Source: the human T2T-CHM13v2.0 reference genome, Homo sapiens
Length of the DNA stretch: 64,000 nt
Direction: 5' to 3' (one strand)
NCBI RefSeq assembly: GCF_009914755.1
Contig: NC_060934.1
Every line of letters starts with the position of its first letter. The first letter of the stretch is position 1. Below are positions 61,277 to 64,000 of this stretch, piece after piece. Both the position numbers and the translations under genes were made by a program. Under the pieces are notes generated by a model. The model searched no databases and had not been told where the DNA came from. It saw only the letters and a program-made list of their open reading frames with translations.

Positions 61277-62199
61277 GGCAGTGCAATCAGGCCACACGTG
61301 ACAGGCCTTTCAAATCCACACACCCCACCCCCAAAAGGGGAAACAGGAGAAATCTGATTTTACCTGGCTGCAAGTGCAATGCAGAATAACAACGTGAGCC
61401 CTAGGACACCTCTGATCCATAGGAATCCACATTAAAGCTGCACTGCTGCCTGGGGCCCTCAGGACTGGCAGGTGACGAAGCAGAGAGAGAAGACAGACCA
61501 AGCACATTCCCTTCTCAATACTCGATATACAAAAACAGCACTATTTGACTAACAATGACTAGCTTAAAGTGACTTTCCAGAGCCCTCGTCCTTCCTGTCA
61601 TCAGAACCGACTGACTGGAAGGCCAGTAATTTGATATCGGAAATTTACAATTGATAAAGTCATCAATGGTGACTCCTCCCAAATGCACAGAAGATCTAGA
61701 AATGCTGACCTCAGAGTTTCTGGACTGTTCAGGGCTTGACCAGGATTCTCTGGCTGAAAAAGGAAATACACCAGTCAGCACTCAGCATGCCAGAGAGCAG
61801 CCCAGGCCACAATATTCATATTTGTCAAGCCCCGACCTAACGAGAGCTCAGCTCTGGACAAAACAAAGCCGTGCGCAACGTTTAGACTTGACTGACACCT
61901 ACTGTGTGCTCCGTGCTACTGCCCCTCACTTGAGATCTCCCTGGTCCATCTAGGCCACAAGCCACACCTGGCTTCACAAGGCATCCTGCCATGGAACAGC
62001 AGGCAAAGATTTAGAAGGCCACCTCAGCAAGTGCCACTTCTCAAAGATACCCAGATAGTTTTGTGGCTAAAACAAATATAGCACCCAGCTTTTCGTTATT
62101 GAATAGAAAAAGTTCAAAGCAGGAAACGTGCACTAAGAATGGACTTTCCCCCCATGGGATTGTCAGGGCCTCTCAATAGCTTCTCCAATGCCCTGGCAG

Positions 62200-62670
62200 C
62201 GGCCCTCACTCCCCACCTGATCTGACCTGGGCCTGCTTCTCATGCCTCATGCCAGTCTCTCCGCCACCTTGCTCCCTGCGCCTTAGCCACACAGGCCTGC
62301 CTTCATTCCTGGAACACACCAAACTCTTTCTGGGCTGCATGTCTTGGTGCACATGATGTCCCCACCTGGAGCGCATGACCCTCCCAAGCCAGCCCCCTTC
62401 CCACACTTCTCCTGACCCCTGGCTCTTCCTCACCTTCTCAGTCTGTATTTCAACATCACCTTCTCGGATCAACAATCCAACACGGGTCCCTCCGTGGTCA
62501 GTCTCTGTCCTAAGCTTGTTTCCCAACTCTCACCATCTGTAATTGTTTAATTTATTGCCAGCCCCATGTGTGTTTTTGATCTTCTCCCCTCTAGATATTT
62601 AGCTACCTAGGGGCCAGGGCCATTTCTGGTTTGTACCTCGCTGGATCTTCAAGGCTAGGAATTCTAAATG
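62200..62670. mobile_element. L2 fragment
   Basis: gccacacaggcctgccttcattcctggaacacaccaa, ttcaacatcaccttctcgg. Confidence 0.65.
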
Positions 62671-63526
62671 TTCAATTATCATCTGTTAAAGTGATGAAAT
62701 ACCTCAATAAATTGTGCATGGAGAAAAGATGCAGTCTATAAACATTTTTATTTGTACTAAACTGGTCACAGTGCGAAAACAGCTGTTCACTGGTATTGGG
62801 CATAATTATTAATTTCTAGCCTCTATTTCTCCCTACTAAGTACCCAACCAGGTTGGGTCTGTGCTCTACTGTAATGTCTTGATTAAAATGGGATTCTTTG
62901 TCATTTAACTGTTTAAAACTGGTAATAGAAATTATATCAACGATGACGGTTTGGTTCCCAGGTAATCCACAAAAATATGACTGCTACTACTGGTTAACAT
63001 TCGAAGTGCTTACTGCATCCCAGGCACTGCTTTAAACACTCTCATATTTCATCTCAACCTTCACAACAGTTCTGCGAGGGAGGTATTATTATCCTTATTG
63101 ACGGAGGAGTAGCTGAGGCCCAGGGGGATTAGCAGCCTGCCCATGGTGATGCCATTGGAGGGGCCTAGCCGGGGCCTAGCCAGGACCCAGCCAGGTCCCA
63201 GCCAGGTCTACCTGATGCCAGAGTGCCAGCTCTTACTCGATAGTTCATCCCTTGCTAATGGAGCCCACAGGCTAGGAGGCAGGAGAGATGAGGTAAAGCT
63301 GTCTCTTCCTGATTTGGAGTCAGGCAAACTACTGTTTAAAATGTTTTTAGAAAAAGATCGAATTCGTCTTTTGAGCTCCTCCCCGTGAGTCCAGGTAATT
63401 CCTTAATTCCTCAAGCTTGCCCTCCCTGTTCCTCAGTTTCCTCCTGCTTCCCTGGACTACTCCATTAAATGCACCGCCAGACTTGGGCATTCATGACACA
63501 ACCCATCATCACCTGCCTCCCCACCA

Positions 63527-63662
63527 GTGTGTGTGTGCACACACTCACGTGCACGTGCTCACATTCACACACATGTGCATGCGCACACTCACATACGTGC
63601 ACGCGCACAGTCACACATACGTGCACGCACACACACACATACACGCACACACGCACACACAC
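63527..63662. repeat. Degenerate (CA/CG/TG) alternating purine-pyrimidine tract
   Basis: Direct reading. Confidence 0.9.
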
Positions 63663-64000
63663 TCTTTCAAAAGCTCCAATTTGCTCCCTCTAGCTTTCAG
63701 AAGACTCAGGGTAAACAAGATACCTAATTAAATTATTTCACCCTGAGGTGTAAAATAATTCCTTGACCTTCCTATAGATGCTAAAATGCATAACTTTTAA
63801 AAGGTAACTTATTCACAAAGCACCGTTTGAATTATTATACAGCCAAAAGAATGACCAAAATTGGATGGCAATTTCCAGAAGCATCCAGAAAGAGAGTTGT
63901 GTGGAGAAGCCATCTGGCTACTGCTCACCTGATCTTGATTTTTTTTTTAACTGTATTCCTTCTCCATTTCTGAACTCAGCGTCTAAGGTGATCCTGACTG

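Noticed and set aside
63417-63731. His/Thr- and Cys/Val-rich ORFs
   Set aside because: Translations of the CA-type repeat

Overview
Human genomic DNA (an intact AluYa5 is present) covering the 3' part of FAM107B (HITS/C10orf45, chr10p13) on the minus strand. Three coding exons (35656-35839, 27194-27344, 26515-26631) splice cleanly into the complete 131-aa short isoform. A ~2.6 kb 3'UTR follows, ending near 23885. Positions 35840-64000 are upstream intron, containing candidate alternative 5'UTR exons, including a 66-nt exon with a uORF whose stop codon is created by the splice junction. Positions 1-23800 are repeat-rich intergenic DNA (Alu, L1, L2, MIR, MER44A), with a twin-primed (5'-inverted) L1PA2/3, a perfect AluYa5, a CTCF-like site and a CpG-retaining promoter-like patch. 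Almost all ORFs in the supplied track are Alu/L1-derived or chance ORFs. I see no new protein-coding system. The most interesting signals are post-transcriptional control modules of FAM107B (uORF exon, poison exon, inverted Alus around the start-codon exon) and several unusual retrotransposition and repair footprints. Repeat boundaries and subfamily names are by eye and approximate.
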